In this document: one piece after another, positions 5,545-7,352 of the stretch
Position numbering within the stretch: position 1 is the first letter of the stretch
Layout: each line of letters begins with the position of its first letter
Notes under the pieces: model-generated
Seen by the model: the letters and a program-made list of their open reading frames with translations, nothing else
Database searches by the model: none
What the model was told of the DNA's origin: nothing
Made by a program: the position numbers and the translations under genes
DNA from: a virus
Taxonomy: Duplodnaviria > Heunggongvirae > Uroviricota > Caudoviricetes
Strand: one strand, 5' to 3'
DNA length: 7,352 nucleotides
Virus record (IMG/VR): IMGVR_UViG_2563366829_000008

Positions 5545-6628
5545 CTTCACTGAGTATCGGGGTGATAAGCTCAAACTAGCGAGAATGGCTGTTGGGCTTT
5601 CTTGTGAAGAGTTAGCCGAAAAAATTGGCAAGACAAAGCAATTCGTTAGCAAACTGGAGAAGGGGTGCAGGCCATCGGAGCAATGTCTTGAGTTAATATC
5701 TTCAGCGCTTATGATTAAGTCCAGTTTTCTTTTTACTGAACGAAAATACGCTCTGGAAAGTGATGTCTGCCATTTTCGGAGTAAGAAGTCCAGGACTCAA
5801 ACGCTGACTAATAGTGTATTGGCCAGGGCTGAGATTCTTAATATTATAATTTCTGCTGTTGAAGGTGAAATCGAATTTCCTGACGTTAACATACCGGAGC
5901 ACCCAGGGGCTGAATTACTTACTCCGAATGATATTGAGCGAGTGGCAGAAGATTGTCGCCGTGCCTGGAATTTAGGTCTTGGCCCTATATCATCAATGGT
6001 TAAATTGGCGGAGAGTTTAGGGGTAATCGTTGCGCATGTTACGGGAGTCGATGATCGTGTTGATGCTTTTACTGTTCACAATAACAGGCCTGTTATCATC
6101 AGGAACAATGTTAAAAAAAGCATATGTAGATTTCGCTCTGATTTAGGTCATGAATTAGGGCATTTAGTAATGCATGAGGGCATAACGACAGGTGATAAAC
6201 TTACGGAATCACAAGCCGATCACTTTTCGAGCGCCTTATTAGTTCCCAGGTTATCTTTCATTAAAGAATTTCCACGAATACGAGGTAAGCAATTCGACTG
6301 GAATGCTCTGGTTGAATTTAAACTTAGATGGAAAATCAGCCTTAAAATGTGTATTTATCGAGCCAGCGCATTAGGCTTATTGACCCAGGAACAGGCAAGA
6401 ACTGGCTATATGCATCTTAATTCCAGAGGGTATACGAGAGTTGAACCTGGTGATGAACTTTTGCGCCCTGAAGAACCCGGCATGCTGGCCGAGGCGATTG
6501 AAATGCTGGATGATGCAACCTGGCTAAGAATTCTTATGAAAACTGGCTTGAGCCAAGATTTAATTCGTGAGTTGTTCTCCATCAACAGACCTATTACAAA
6601 TCCAAGAAATATTTTCCAGATTGTTTGA
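5525..6628 (+). CDS. XRE-family HTH domain fused to ImmA/IrrE-family (COG2856 / M78-like) zinc metallopeptidase domain
   Basis: N-terminus LKLARMAVGLSCEELAEKIGKTKQFVSKLEKG is a classic XRE HTH. HELGH (HExxH) at 6149..6163 followed by E...ADHFSSALLVP matches the ImmA/IrrE signature. ATG 5525 (the track's 5522 is GTG). Confidence 0.85.
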   Translation: MEHQVNNFTEYRGDKLKLARMAVGLSCEELAEKIGKTKQFVSKLEKGCRPSEQCLELISSALMIKSSFLFTERKYALESDVCHFRSKKSRTQTLTNSVLARAEILNIIISAVEGEIEFPDVNIPEHPGAELLTPNDIERVAEDCRRAWNLGLGPISSMVKLAESLGVIVAHVTGVDDRVDAFTVHNNRPVIIRNNVKKSICRFRSDLGHELGHLVMHEGITTGDKLTESQADHFSSALLVPRLSFIKEFPRIRGKQFDWNALVEFKLRWKISLKMCIYRASALGLLTQEQARTGYMHLNSRGYTRVEPGDELLRPEEPGMLAEAIEMLDDATWLRILMKTGLSQDLIRELFSINRPITNPRNIFQIV

Positions 6629-6632
6629 GTAT

Positions 6633-6654
6633 ACCCGCTTCGGCGGGTTTTTTG
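6633..6654 (+). terminator. Rho-independent terminator after cassette (same hairpin as 4798..4817, followed by a T-run)
   Basis: ACCCGC-TTCG-GCGGGT stem-loop 6633..6648 followed by TTTTTT; 5 nt after the stop codon at 6626..6628. Confidence 0.75.
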
Positions 6655-6737
6655 TTTTTATTTTCAACGTGTTTGAAGTTTTGGACGGTGCCAGAATAGA
6701 ATCAAAAATACTTAAGTAGCGCGCAGGGAGAAGAGGG

Positions 6738-6959
6738 ATGGACCCCGAACAGGGGGAGTGCTATTTATCTGGAAGGATTCTGTTGATGAAAATCGAAGAA
6801 TTACGTGAAATTTTTAGTGAAGATGGCCTCTATGCTGTGCGCGTTGAGAATGGGGGTATTACCTACACAGCGTTAATTCCTGATGATCATGTAGTGTTAT
6901 CTGTTGAGGCATTCATTGAATACTTGGAAAGACTCGGTTTCAAGGTAGTTCGGGAATAA
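6738..6959 (+). CDS. Small hypothetical prophage protein (alternative start ATG 6786)
   Basis: ATG 6738 has GGGAG 7 nt upstream; ATG 6786 has GGAAGGA 8 nt upstream and begins the AT-richer part (MKIEELREIF...). No family recognised. Confidence 0.5.
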   Translation: MDPEQGECYLSGRILLMKIEELREIFSEDGLYAVRVENGGITYTALIPDDHVVLSVEAFIEYLERLGFKVVRE

Positions 6960-7018
6960 GTTATAATACGTGAGCCAGCCTGAACAACTGGCAACCTGCA
7001 GCGCCATTGGAGATGACA

Positions 7019-7291
7019 ATGGCGCATAATTTCAAATTTCGCAATTCTGATTCTGCCTTTGCCAGCAGGCACGGGTGGCGTTCTCACGCATTCAAATATG
7101 ACTGGTATCAGCACGATCCCTGTACTGAAGAACAGGCCGAATGGCTGATTCATAACTACCGCAGACGTGGATATGAGTTTAGGAAAGCCCTCACCCTCGA
7201 TTATCGTCACTGGATAATCTACGTCAGACTCCCTTATTCCGAACGCCCACCGCGTCCGTCCCGCACATTCCAGCAACGCATCTGGAGGTAA
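7019..7291 (+). CDS. Small hypothetical prophage protein (about 90 aa)
   Basis: ATG 7019 with GGAG 6 nt upstream (the track's 7007 start is an upstream in-frame ATG). Sequence looks like a genuine protein (...EEQAEWLIHNYRRRGYEFRKALTLDYRHW...). The overlapping minus-strand ORF 6887..7276 looks less protein-like. Confidence 0.5.
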   Translation: MAHNFKFRNSDSAFASRHGWRSHAFKYDWYQHDPCTEEQAEWLIHNYRRRGYEFRKALTLDYRHWIIYVRLPYSERPPRPSRTFQQRIWR

Positions 7292-7292
7292 C

Positions 7293-7352
7293 GTGCGGGT
7301 ATTACTTCGACCTGTTCTGGTACCGGAACTCGGGCTGGTGATCGTTAAGCCG
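7293..7352 (+). CDS. Possible start of a downstream gene (partial, runs off window)
   Basis: GTG at 7293, 4 nt after GGAGG (7284..7288) and 1 nt after the previous stop; the frame stays open to the window end (VRVLLRPVLVPELGLVIVKP). Too short to assess. Confidence 0.2.
   Translation, partial: MRVLLRPVLVPELGLVIVKP

Noticed and set aside
5127-5902. Minus-strand ORFs 5127..5333 and 5702..5902 inside the cassette genes
   Set aside because: AT-rich DNA readily gives short antisense ORFs; the + strand genes are long, translationally coupled and (gene B) carry clear domain motifs.
1-7352. CRISPR arrays, tRNA or rRNA genes
   Set aside because: No regularly spaced direct repeats with unique spacers and no tRNA-like cloverleaf segments were seen. 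The only periodic repeats are the 10-11 bp iterons inside the initiator gene, which are far too short and closely spaced for CRISPR.

Overview
This window reads as the early-right (replication to nin-like) segment of a lambdoid prophage from an Enterobacteriaceae (E. coli/Shigella-like) genome, with all phage genes on the + strand. From left to right: the partial left end of an IS3-family element (IS629-like, transposase on the - strand) inserted 28 bp upstream of a YdaT-like (CII-analog) gene; an O-like replication initiator with a DnaT-like C-terminal domain and two clusters of helically phased GTCAC iterons inside its coding sequence (phage ori); a lambda-P-like helicase loader; two small phage proteins; a QueH (DUF208) epoxyqueuosine reductase; and a complete hok/mok(/sok) type I toxin-antitoxin locus. 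After hok comes an AT-richer two-gene cassette (4894..6628) bracketed by two copies of the same 20-nt terminator hairpin. It encodes an unrecognised 216-aa protein translationally overlapping an XRE-HTH plus ImmA/IrrE (HExxH) metallopeptidase fusion, and is the best candidate here for an undescribed TA-like or anti-phage module. Small hypothetical prophage ORFs follow. All calls rest on reading the sequence and on recalled family signatures; no database search was run.
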